Assembly (NCBI GenBank): GCA_951406725.2
Contig: OX597814.1
Span: 33,914,001 to 33,978,000 of the forward strand
Source of the DNA: Octopus vulgaris
Taxonomy: Eukaryota
Length of the DNA: 64,000 bases
Direction of reading: 5' to 3'
Below are positions 50,532-62,259 of the stretch, in pieces (position 1 is the first letter of the stretch; every line of letters starts with the position of its first letter). Made by a program: the position numbers and the translations under genes. The notes under the pieces were generated by a model. The model saw only the letters and a list, made by a program, of their open reading frames with translations, was not told the DNA's origin and made no database searches.

Positions 50532-51020
50532 TGCATTTCTATATTTAAGAGATGAGGAATTATGTACACTATTTACATTTGACGGATATTTGTCCTCATC
50601 TTGTTTGTTGTTAACACAACGTTTCGGCTGATATACCCTCCAGCCTTCATCAGATGTCTTGGGGAAATTTCGAACCTAGGTTCTCATTCCTAAGGTATTT
50701 TTCAATGTTATTTTTATTGTTGTTGTTGTTATTATTATTATTATTCAGGTCACTGCCTGGAATAGAACTCAGAACCTTGGGGTTAGCATGCCAGTGGGCA
50801 TGTGGCATAGTGGTTAAGAGCGCAGACTACTAACCCCAAGATTCTGAGTTCGATTCCAGGCAGTGACCTGAATAATAATAACAACATCGGAAAATACCTT
50901 GGAAATGAGAACCCAGGTTTGAAATTTCCCCAAGGCACCTGATGAAGGCTGGAGGGTATATCAGCCGAAACATGTTAACAACAAACAAGATGAGGACAAA
51001 TATCCATCAAATGTAAATGA
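50532..51020. mobile_element. Palindromic tRNA-headed element with a hammerhead motif in each arm
   Basis: 13-bp TSD TTATTCTTTGTAA at 50519-31 and 51021-33; arms 50571-50786 and 50830-51018; A box 50803-13, B box 50846-57. Confidence 0.85.
50613..50659 (-). ncRNA. Minimal type I hammerhead motif
   Basis: Minus strand: GACAU-CUGAUGA-a-GGCUG(10 nt loop)CAGCC-GAAACGUU-GUGUU, with palindromic AACGUU in place of stem III. Confidence 0.65.
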
Positions 51021-51159
51021 TTATTCTTTGTAAGCCTAGTACTTATTCAATTGGTTCTTTTGCCAGACTGCTAAGTTTCAGAGACGTAAACACACCAAAC
51101 ATCAGTTGTCAAGCGATGGTGGGGGAACAAACACAGATACAAAAACACACATATATATA

Positions 51160-52139
51160 AAATAAGCAGAAAATAACTGTTAAGGGGTAGGTGTAAATAA
51201 AGAAGTAAATAAAACAGTAAATATAAAGTGAGGGGGAGTAGTCTATGTATTGTTAGTTATTTACTATCATGCTGTTGCTTGTATTTATGTTGGGATGGTG
51301 TATAATGATACAAGTGGCCTTGCACCACTTATGACATAGACTACTCCCCCCCCCACTTTTTTTTACTTAGCTTGCCCTTGGTTTTAAATTTAACTTTGGT
51401 CAATTCCATTATGGACAACAGGTGGTTGGTCTTTAGAATATATCAGTTAGTACACTATTGTAACAACTTTACAGGTTTGTTTTTGGATAAATATTAATTA
51501 GCTCTATTTATGAAATCATAAGTACTATTCTTTTTCTAGGCTTATTGGCAAATCCTGTTATACTTAAGTACTAGTTTTATTTTCTTAATATTTATACACC
51601 CTGGTACCCCTAATGAAAGATTAACCCACCAGTTATTTTTCTAGTTTATTTGTTAGTTTATTCATTTGCTCATCAACTTGAAGCTTTACACTGCAAAATG
51701 GTATGATTCTAATTTATTAAGCCTTCTTTCCTCATATCAAGGCCCTGTTCTTTCCTCTTCCCTTATTTTAGTTTATGTAGTTGTATTCATTCTGATGAAG
51801 CTCCGTGTACTAAATTGGACGTGCTATAAAGATGATGAAACATAATTTTCTTTCGAGGCACCGACTGACATTGGTAGTAGAAACAGCTGTGAACAATGTT
51901 AAAGTTTTGTATTAAAAAATAATTTACCGACGGTAGTCAGTTTGTTTGTTGATCAAAAGTTTTCTCCATTTTCTGCTTATTTTAAATTTGATTGCTGATA
52001 AACTCTTGTTTATTTTGTTATTACTTGTATTCTATGAGCATAGTATGCTTGCATATCCTTGCCCAGGTAATTTATACCAGTAGTAATAATAGATATTCTT
52101 ATCCCTTAGATGGCTATTCCGATCGCTAACTCTTCTTAC

Positions 52140-52140
<1 letters not shown>
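51160..52140. mobile_element. Decayed Penelope-like remnant with scrambled inverted segments
   Basis: AAATAAGCAGAAAAT at 51161 versus its reverse complement at 51968; GGGGGAGTAGTCTATGT at 51232 versus 51334; inserted in the (TA)n of a SINE. Confidence 0.5.
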
Positions 52141-52177
<37 letters not shown>

Positions 52178-53076
52178 GATGGGCTTCTTTCAGTTTTTGT
52201 CTACCAAATTCATTCACAAGGCTTTGGTTGGCCTGGGGCTATAGTAGAAGACACTTGCCCAAAGTGCCATGCAGGAGGACTGAACCTGGAACCATGAGGT
52301 TGGGAAGCAAACTTCTTACCACACAGCCACTTCATATTTAGAAAAAAATAAAAGAACTCCGAAATATTATTCATAATTTGAAGCTAAATTTAATTTGATG
52401 CTTGAGTAGGTCACAACTTACAGAAAAGTCAGCCAATTAGATTTAAAACATTCCTCTCCATCATTGCAAATTTATTGGGTTAGCACTATTGACATCAGCT
52501 TCTAAACTGGTCTATAATGCAACAGCAAACTGAGCTGTTTGCCTTTTCCTCTTGTCCTTAGTTTTAAATAATATCCATATGGTTCAAAATGATCTGCTCT
52601 GGCCAATGTAGATCTTGTTTCACATATTGATTCTAATTTATTTAAGGCAAGTCAAAAGTCTATCATTCTCCTCTTTACCAGTTATATGGAGTAATATTCC
52701 AATTTCATCTGGAAGTCCATTAGACAGGTTTGCTTATGGCAAACAAAAATAATGATAATCATTTTTTATAATAAGTATAAGGCTAAAGATTTCTAGGAAG
52801 GGCAGTCAATTAAATCAACTCCAGTATTTTACTGGTAATTTATTTTATTTAATCTGTAAGGATGAAAGGCAAACTTGACGTTTGATATCTTATGCAGGCA
52901 CAAACACATTTTGGGGAAGGAGCAGGTGATTATATTGGCTTCAGTACATGACTGATACTTATTTTATTGATCTAAGCATTCATTCATATCATTGTAACCA
53001 ATAATTAACAAAAATATGTGATTCTTGATTTTGTTTGAAATCAATTATAACTTAAACTTTTCTTTACCATTTACAG

Positions 53077-53127
53077 CAAGCAACAGTTGGTGATGGCTTG
53101 TATTACCAGTCCAAAATGGGTTTATAA
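53077..53127 (+). CDS. ARL6IP4: ARL6IP4 last coding exon
   Basis: TTACAG|CAA; encodes QATVGDGLYYQSKMGL*; total CDS 786 nt. Confidence 0.93.
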   Translation, partial: QATVGDGLYYQSKMGL

Positions 53128-53172
53128 AAATGAGGACATTAACATTATTTGCATATTATATTTATTCTATTG

Positions 53173-53178
53173 AATAAA
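53173..53178 (+). terminator. Candidate polyadenylation signal of ARL6IP4
   Basis: AATAAA 46 nt after the stop, followed by GT/T-rich sequence; chance occurrence is likely in AT-rich DNA. Confidence 0.4.
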
Positions 53179-54198
53179 ATTATACACTAATAAGATTTAT
53201 ATTTGTGTCTTTCTTTACCTTTGTGACAACTGTAGTAATTTCTTTTTAAAACCAAGTTTACTTTGTAACAAGGGTATATTTTGGTTGGTTGATAGAACAA
53301 CAAAAGCCTTTGTGATATTCCAAATACAAAATATTTATTTCTCATTATCAAAAATGTCATTTCAGTGACCAACAGAAAAACAATAAGCCAAATGAATCAG
53401 ATTGTGCATGTTGATGACAGATGTGTGTGTCAGTAATGACAGTAGCTATGAGTGGCATAAATTCTTGCAGCAAGTTGGCTTGAGCCGTGTCATGATAATT
53501 GACTAGCTACTAGGTGCACCGTCTATATATAGCCAATATCTGTCAAAGAAAAGTCACCAAAGGCAAAATCATTAATGAGATTTCTATGTATTGCTTATCC
53601 AAAATATACTGGAAATCTAATAGAATCTGTAGATTCTGTTTTTTTTTTCACTGGTCAAACTAGCCATTGATAAAAACAAGTTCTTAATCTGTTTATCTAA
53701 GATGCAAATGAGTTAGTCTGACTTCAGTCATCTTGTCTATTGTTTTGTTCTTTTTACATCTGAACACAATAATTTGGAGTTGATTCTTAAGCAGTGACTT
53801 GGTGTCTGGGACTCAGCCAGTATTACTGCAACAGAACTCTGCTGTCGTGTGGAATGACTGGAAGCAGTAAATTAAATGAAATGAGAAAAGTGCAGTAAGT
53901 GTAGATATAAAGTGTGTTCGGGTATGTGCATTAGAATTGGTGAATACAGGAATAGGAGTGTTGGTTAGATTGCATAGATGGCAAGCAGGTGATCTCACAA
54001 AAAGAGTTGGAGTATTAACAGATGCTTTCCATGCACATTGCAGTACTGTTTTACATGTGAAATACTGTAAAAGCTTGAGGTGTGAAAACCTGCATAGCCA
54101 GGAGTGTGAAAAATATGCAAGAGAAATCAAACACATGGTTGAATATTAGGGTACTTAAACATATAAGGAAGGAAAATATGATAGACTTCAGAATATAT

Positions 54199-54416
54199 TG
54201 GCAGTGAGCTGGCAGAAACATGAGCATGCCGGGTGAAATGCTTAGCGGTATTTCGTCTACTGTTACGTTCTGAGTTCAAATTCCCCTGTGGTCGACTTGG
54301 CCTTTCATCCTTTCGGGGTCGATTGAATAAGTACCAGTTAATCACTGGGGTCGATGTAATCGACTTAATCCCCTTGTCTGTCCTTGTTTAGCCCCTTGTG
54401 GGCAATAAAGAAATAA
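54199..54416 (+). mobile_element. Nin-domain SINE
   Basis: GAGCTGGCAGAA head, GAGTTCAAATTCC B box, GCCTTTCATCCTTTCGGGGTCGAT. Confidence 0.88.
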
Positions 54417-54919
54417 ATATATATACTTCCAACCCATGCTAGCATGGAGAACAGACGTTAAACGATGATGATGATGATGATGATGATGACTTATGTTGGT
54501 AAGTTGTGTGCAGCCAACCATGCTAGGTGCCTGAATTTATGTTAAATGAATGTGAATTTATCAATGTTGGTGAGTATGCAATGTATACATGTTCAGATGT
54601 ATGTGTGTGAGAGCAGAAAAAAAGTTGATATCACACATCAGTATGCAAATATTATCTTGAAAGTAACACACTTTTTAAAATCTACTGTACTGCACATAGT
54701 AAGCAGCCAGTGCATTCACTGATCTGATCTTAAGCTAGTCAGTGGAGCAGATGTGAAAACATCAGTGTAAGAATGTGCTAATGTAGTTGGAACAGGTGGT
54801 AGGGTTGATTTAGAGTAAGCCTTCCTTAGGCAATTTGTGTGAATTGGTTTCCTCAAAAGCCTGAAGCCATTTATGATGTACCACAGCAGAAATAATAGCT
54901 AAAGCTCTACTTCCTCATT

Positions 54920-55180
54920 GAATTACATGTTTTCACACACCAACTACAATTACAACAAATTACATCAGTTTCATTCAACCTTTTCTCAGAATTGACATAC
55001 CTCTACTGTTGTAAATGATCCTCCACAACTGCTTACTATCCTGCAGTCAATGGTATGGTTGAACGATTCATCACCTGTGTAACTACACGTCAAGTTTGCC
55101 ATCGGTTGCTTTGTGTTTTCAGAATATTACCGCTAATTTTTCACCTGATATTCAACAATGGACACCTTTTTGTGCAAAGT
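54920..55180 (+). mobile_element. Decayed Gypsy integrase remnant
   Basis: TTAYYPAVNGMVERF at about 55025-55069. Confidence 0.6.
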
Positions 55181-55231
55181 CCTCAGCAGAACACTAACAT
55201 ATATTGTCCTGGATATTCTTTTCTACATTCT

Positions 55232-55412
55232 TTTCTACTCTAGGCACAAGGCTCGAAATTTTTGGGGAGGGGACCAGTTGATTACATTGATTCTAGTATG
55301 TAACTGGTACTTAATTTATCGACCCCGAAAAGATGAAAGGCAAAGTCGACCTCCGTGGAATTTGAACTCAGAACGTAGACAGATGAAATACCGCTAAGCA
55401 TTTTGCCCAGCA
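55232..55412 (-). mobile_element. Nin-domain SINE
   Basis: Reverse complement of the domain in 54199-54416. Confidence 0.8.
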
Positions 55413-56151
55413 TGCAGAAAAGGCTTCATGCCCTCAGAGGTGTAGGAATACATCAAGGTGATGTAATGTATTTCCCTCAGTAAGTGATGGTTAGATTTGG
55501 AATGTGAAGCATATGTGAGAAGTTTGTAATTAGTGTAGGCAGAAAACACAAGCCCTCTAGCATGTACTGGAAATGTTTCATACGGAGGTATGCCATTAGC
55601 AATTCTTGATTAAAAGCACTGTTTCATTTCAACCAGTTTAAGTTGCTTTGAGAAAGAAGAAAGCAGGTGCAAGGTACTGTCAATGCTCTGCTGAAGAATG
55701 CCATCAACACCAGCATCTGAGTGGTGGATCAGTCCTCAAATAAACCAACATGATGGCATCAACTAAGAACATAAAAAATGATAATGAAAATTGATCAGGC
55801 TGAAAAACTCTCATTGTTTTCTGAATGACTACTAAGTTCCCTAGATAGCTTAAGTTTATTGTCTTTGTAGAAAAACTCTAGATTTTCAACTATACTTCTA
55901 GTCTTTATGTCATTACACGGATTATATTTGCTATATATTGCTATGACTATACTGCTGAGGCTGTAGCGTATCACCTATTACACCCATGAGACAGTTATAA
56001 TAGTAAAAAGCTACCATATTCATTTTTGTTCTATTTTGAATGATATGTACTCTTTATATTTAGCAAATAAAATAATTGATATAAATGATTTTAAAAGAGG
56101 TGCAAGGAGATCTCTATAAAGCGAAAATCAAGGTTTTTTTCGGTTATTTGA

Positions 56152-56280
56152 AGGAGTGGCTGTGGTAATTAGCTTGCTTATCAATCACATGGTTCCGGGT
56201 TCATTCCCACTACTATAGCCTCGGGCCGACCAAAGCCTTGTGAGTGGATTTGGTAGACGGAAACTGAAAGAATCCCGTCG

Positions 56281-56325
<45 letters not shown>

Positions 56326-56523
56326 CTGTGTCTGTGTTTGTCCTCCAACATCGCTTGACAACCGATACTGGTGTGTTTACGTCCCCATAATTTAGCGGTT
56401 CGGCAAAAGTTACCGATAGAATAAGTACTAGGCTTACAAAGAATAAGTCCTGGGGTCGATTTGCTCGACTAAAGGTGGTGCTCCAGCATGACCGCAGTCA
56501 AATGACTGAAACAAGTAAAAAGA
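56152..56523 (+). mobile_element. SINE family A copy just upstream of RPAP1
   Basis: Colinear with 3643-4027. Confidence 0.9.
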
Positions 56524-56849
56524 CAGAGTAGTGAAATGAAAAGGAATTGATTACACCACACATTACAGACGATCGTTTTTTCTACATTGAAATTTCATTT
56601 TACTCAATTGTTACAACGTACTTAATTACAAAAATATTCCACATTAAGATACAAATCCAAAACCGAAGAAAACACAATCATGAGCGAATAAAAAAAACAG
56701 AACCTATTTTGGGGAATTTGTTTCGTACAACACCGTTTAAAAGGGAAATCACTTATGATTTCCTCATATAAAAACATAGCGTGAACTTGTGTAGACGAAA
56801 GTTTCTGTTATGAAATTGTTTCTTCGCTGAAATACGTTGAAACTGGACT

Positions 56850-57148
56850 ATGGATTCCAAAGCCAACGATCCATCTTTTAACCCATCTGAGCTGACAGTA
56901 AATAGACCGAAACTAACTGAAGATGACGAAGAACTTCTTAGGATGCAAGAAATGTTTCTTTCTTCTAAACATAATCCAGCGGCTACAGTGGTAAAAAATT
57001 CTAAATCGCACAAGCCTGATATTCAAAACAAACAGGCTCCTTTTAAAAGAGATGTCGTTGATATGCAACAACCTTTTAAATCAGGTTTGACAGAAGCATC
57101 AGTTACACCACAGAAAAAATCTAGGTTTCAAGAACAGAAGAAAAACAG
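56850..57148 (+). CDS. RPAP1: RNA polymerase II-associated protein 1, coding exon 1
   Basis: RPKLTEDDEELLRMQEMFL resembles the RPAP1 N-terminus; donor AG|GTAATA, phase 2, fits the acceptor at 62259. Confidence 0.85.
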
Positions 57149-57214
57149 GTAATAACAGGTTTTCAGAAATGTTTTTATTTGTATGGAATAGCGAAGCCCA
57201 GTGAGGGTTATTTG

Positions 57215-57274
<60 letters not shown>

Positions 57275-57484
57275 ATATGTATATATATAAATGTATATAT
57301 ATGTGTATATATATGAAAGAAAAAAGGTGTTCAGAATGCTGGATGGTTGTAAAAATATATATTCATTTACATATCACATATTATTTTTTTCATATTAGAG
57401 CTTTCAACTACTCCTGTAGTTTCATCTGAACACCTTTTTTTTTTCATATGTATTAAATCTGTACATCACCCCAATACTTCTAAC

Positions 57485-57520
57485 ATATGTGTATATATAT
57501 ATATATATATATATGTGTAT

Positions 57521-57570
<50 letters not shown>

Positions 57571-57970
57571 GTGTGTATATATATATGTATGTATATATAT
57601 ATGTGTGTATATATATATGTATATATATATGTGTGTATATATATATGTATGTATATATATGTGTATATATATATGTATGTATATATATATGTGTGTATAT
57701 ATATATGTATGTATATATATGTGTGTATGTATGTATATATATGTGTGTATATATGTATGTATATATATGTGTGTATATATATATATGTGTGTATATATAT
57801 ATATATGTGTATATATATATGTGTGTATATATATATATGTGTGTATATATATATGTGTGTATATATATATATATGTGTGTATATATATATGTGTATATAT
57901 ATATATGTGTATATATATATGTGTATATATATATATATTTATATATATGTATATGCATATATGTATGTGC
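57485..57970. repeat. (AT)/(GT) compound microsatellite
   Basis: Direct reading. Confidence 0.95.
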
Positions 57971-60214
57971 ATAAAGCAATTAAGGGTATGCAGCCAGGAA
58001 AAGCCCCTGGCCCATCAGGAATCACTGCTGAGATGCTTAAAGCATCTGGTGGTGTGGGCTATGACCTAGTCACCCGCATTGTAAACCAGGTAGTACATAA
58101 CGGAGTCATACCCAATGACTGGCTTAGCAGCTTCATAGTCAACTGCTACAAGGGTAAAGGTGATGCTCCAGATAGAAATAACTACAGGGATATTAAACTG
58201 CTGGATCAGGTGATGAAGGTCTCAGAGAGGGTCATAGTCCATCTGATTAGGGAGAGAGTCTGCTTTGATGAGATGCAGTTCGGTTTTGTGCCGGGTAGAA
58301 GCACCACTGATGCCATATTCCTGGTTCGACAACTGCAGGAGAAATACCTAGCTAAAGATAAACCCCTCTACTTAGCTTTTGTGGAGAAAACCTTTGACAG
58401 GGTCCCCCGATCCCTTATCTGGTGGGCTATGTGGAAACTGGAGATTGATAAGGGCTGTACAGACCCTATACAGAGAGGCCGTTAGTAAGGTTAGGATAGG
58501 CAACAAGTATGGTGAAGAAGTAGGGGTCCACCAAGGTTCAGCCTTTAGTCCCCTTCTAGTCATCTTAGTCCTCCAGGCAATAACAGAGGAATTCAAGACA
58601 GGTTGCCCCTGGGAGCTTCTCTATGCTGATGACCTGGCCCTCATAGCAGAATCACTTTCAGAACTAGAAAAGAAATTTCAGGTGTGGAAGCTAGGTTTAG
58701 AATCAAAAGGCCTTAGAGTAAATGTAGCAAAGACCAAAGTTATAGTAAGCAGAAAGGCGAACTCATCACACACACCCTCAGGTAGGTGGCCCTGCTCAAT
58801 CTGTAGAAAAGGTGTAAGCAGAAACTCCATAAGATGTACCCAGTGTAAGCTATGGACGCATAAGAGGTGCAGCAACATCAAAGGAAAATTAACTGAGAAG
58901 ATAGCTTTCGTGTGCAGCAGATGCACAGGGGCAATAGACACCACAGATACTCAGAAAACAGATTCCATCACACTCCAGGGGGAGAAACTAGAAGTAGTTG
59001 ATAGTTTCCGCTACCTAGGTGACCAATTTAGTAGTGGTGGTAGATGCTCAGAGAGTGTCACCACTAGAATACGAATAGCCTGGGCAAAGTTTAGAAAGCT
59101 TCTACCCCTTGGTGACAAAGGGTCTCTCACTCAGTGTGAAAGGTAGATTGTACGATGCATGTGTGCGAACTGCCATGCTTCATGGTAGTGAAACATGGGA
59201 TGTGACTGCAGAGAACATGCATAGGCTTAAAAGAAATGAAGCTAGCATGATCCGCTGGATGTGTAATGTCAGTGTGCACACACGACAGAGAGTAAGCGCC
59301 CTGAGAGAAATACTGAACATAAGAAGCATCATATGTGGTGTGCAAGAGAGACGTTTGCGCTGGTATGTTCATGTACTGTGGATGGATGAGGAGAGATGTG
59401 TGAAGAAGTGCCACTCCCAAACAGTTGCAGGTATCCGGGGAAGAGGTAGACCCAAGATGAGGTGGTCAAGCATGACCTCCGAACATTGGGCCTCACAGAG
59501 GCAATGACGAAAGATCGAGATCTCTGAGATATGCTGTGACTGTAAAGACCTGACAAATAATGTGAGTTCATGGCTGTTCCCTGCACCAGTTTCGCATAGC
59601 CCCTGCCCATCCAAAGTACCTTGGATTGCAGAATGACCTGCTGTGCTTACCTTGATCGTAGGGTGACCTGCTGTGCTTGAGGAGACCTAATGAGTCAAGT
59701 ACATCAACATCAAAATAAATATCAAGTTGAAATTGTAGTTGTGATACCTGTGCCGGTGGCACGTAAAAAGCACCATCCGTATGTGGCCGATGCCAGCGCC
59801 GCCTTGACTGGCTTCTATGCCAGTGGCATGTGACCTGCTGTGCTTGAGGAGACCTATTGAGTCAAGTACATCAACATCAAAATAAATATCAAATGGAAAT
59901 TGTAGTTGTGATACCTGTGCTGGTGGCACAAAAAAAGCACCATCCGAACATGGCTGATGCCAGCGCCGCCTTTACTGGCTTCTGTGCCGGTGAAACGTAA
60001 AAAGCACCAACCAATTGTGGTCACTGCCAGCCTCCCCTGGCACCTGTGCCTGTGAAAAGCACCCACTACACTTTCGGAGTGGTTGGTGTTAGGAAGGGCA
60101 TCCAGCTGTAGAAACACTGCCAGATCAGACTGGAACCTAGTGCAGACTCCTGGCTTCCCAGACCCCAGTCGAACCCATGCTAGCATGGAAAACGGACGTT
60201 AAACGATGATGATG
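57971..60214 (+). mobile_element. RTE-X-like LINE, 5'-truncated and frameshifted, in RPAP1 intron 1
   Basis: [35 protein letters not shown], Cys-rich insert CSIC..CTQCKLWTHKRC..CSRC, RGRGRP; repetitive 3' UTR and (GAT)n tail. Confidence 0.93.
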
Positions 60215-60369
60215 CATGTGTGTATATATATGTATGTATATGTATGTATGTATATATATGTGTATATATGTATGCATATACATGTATGCATATATATGTA
60301 TATATATTTATATATGCATGTATATATATCTATATATATATATATATATGTGTATATATGCATGTATAT

Positions 60370-60623
60370 ATAGGAAAGCCTTGTGCTAGAAAGAGCAGTA
60401 GAAAACTCAAACCACTAATTATGGATAAATTCTCGAAAGGATTGAAAATTAAAGACGTTTACCATTTAATTTAGTTCCTAGACCATGGTTTCTAACTCAT
60501 TCCACTAAAAAAATAGAAACCATGGTCTAGGAAAACGTCTTTAATTTTCAATCCTTTCGAGAATTTATCCATAATTAGTGGTTTGAGTTTTCTACTGCTC
60601 TTTCTAGCACAAGGCTTTCCTAT
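60370..60623. repeat. Nested inverted repeats (91 bp outer, 20 bp inner), probably Penelope-derived
   Basis: 60370-60460 versus 60533-60623; 60475-60494 versus 60514-60533. Confidence 0.85.
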
Positions 60624-60764
60624 TTGGAAGCCTCTTAATGTGTTCTAATGTACACGATATTTTTAAGTGAATAATATATAGTCTATTGACTATTTTTTTT
60701 TATGCTAGGCCACTGGTAATAATAATTTCTATAATTCTTATTACCCTAATTTTATTTATTATGC

Positions 60765-60767
60765 ATG

Positions 60768-60800
<33 letters not shown>

Positions 60801-61051
60801 ATGTATGTGTATGTATGTATGTATGTGTGTATGTATGTATGTATGTATAGGTATGTATATGTATGTATATGTATGTATGTATGTATATGTATGTATGTAT
60901 GTATATATGTATGTATGTATATGTATATATGTATGTATGTATATGTATATATGTATGTATGTATATATGTATATATGTATGTATGTATATATGTATATAT
61001 ATATGTATGTATGTATGTATATATATATGTATGTATGTATATATGTATATG

Positions 61052-61096
<45 letters not shown>

Positions 61097-61120
61097 GTAT
61101 ATATATGTATGTATATACAT
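60765..61120. repeat. (ATGT)/(AT) microsatellite
   Basis: Direct reading. Confidence 0.95.
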
Positions 61121-61121
61121 A

Positions 61122-61776
61122 TGAGAGAAAAGTTGGACCTAAGAAGCGTCAGATATAGTGTGCAAGAGAGACAACTGCGCTGGTATGGTCTTGTGGCGAG
61201 AATGGATGAGGATAGCTGTGTGAAAAAGTGCCACACCCTAGCAGTTGACTTGGGATGAAGTAGTGAAGCACGACCTTCGAACATTAGGCCTCACTGAGGC
61301 AATGACCAGTGACCGAGAATTTTGGAAATATGCTGTGCTTGAGAAGACCTGGCAAGCCAAGTGAGACCATAACCTTGTGGCCTAAGCCAGGGGTTTAACC
61401 AACCCACTTATGTGTACCTTCCCTTCATTGGACACTAAACTCTGCTTGCGAAGACCTGTTGAGGCAAGTGAAATCGGAATTGAAATCAAATTCGATGACT
61501 AGCATCCGTGCTTGTGGAGCACTAAGAGCACCATCTGAGCATGATCATTGCGAGAGCGGCTAACTGGTGTTCGTGCTGGTGGCACGTAAAAAGCACCATT
61601 TGAGCGTGATTGTTACCAGCATCACCTTACTGGCACTTCTGCCGGTGTGCAGGTGACACTTAAAAAAAAAACACGATTTTCCATGACCGTTGCCAGTACC
61701 GCCTGACTGGTCCTCAGTCAAATTGTCCAACCCATGCTAGCATGGAAAGCGGACGTTAAACGATGATGATGATGAT
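61122..61776 (+). mobile_element. RTE-X 3' fragment, second subfamily
   Basis: [36 protein letters not shown], then 3' UTR and (GAT)n. Confidence 0.88.
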
Positions 61777-61799
61777 ATGTATATATGTATGTGTATATA

Positions 61800-61831
<32 letters not shown>

Positions 61832-62259
61832 GATAGATGTTTTTTTCATTGGTACTTTGATATAAGATTCTCATGGAAAAACATCCTACACTTCAATTAA
61901 GTCAGAACTAATCCCTCTGATTTGAATTTCGTCACTGATCATTCAGGTTTTGCATGAGTTGATGCATCTTATATTTTTTCTTACTGTTTCATTTTGTCTG
62001 GGACAATTAGTGCTGATAAAGACTATCTACTAATTGGGTAATTGTAATTGTTTGTATTCCTTATATCTTAGGAAAGACAGGAGATATTCAGGGGTATAAT
62101 TTTGTTCTTAATATACATTGAATCCTACACTGTTCCCTCCGAGAGAGTTAATTAACTACTTTCTTATATCAGTATAGCATCTTTAAATAATTAAAAGAAA
62201 AAATAATCTCCCCAATAATATAGGTTAAATAATACAGTAATTTATTTTGTATTTTTTAG

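Larger units (their letters stand above)
50477..52332 (-). mobile_element. SINE family A copy split by two later insertions
   Basis: 3' part at 50477-50531 and 51021-51158, 5' part at 52141-52332. Confidence 0.8.
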
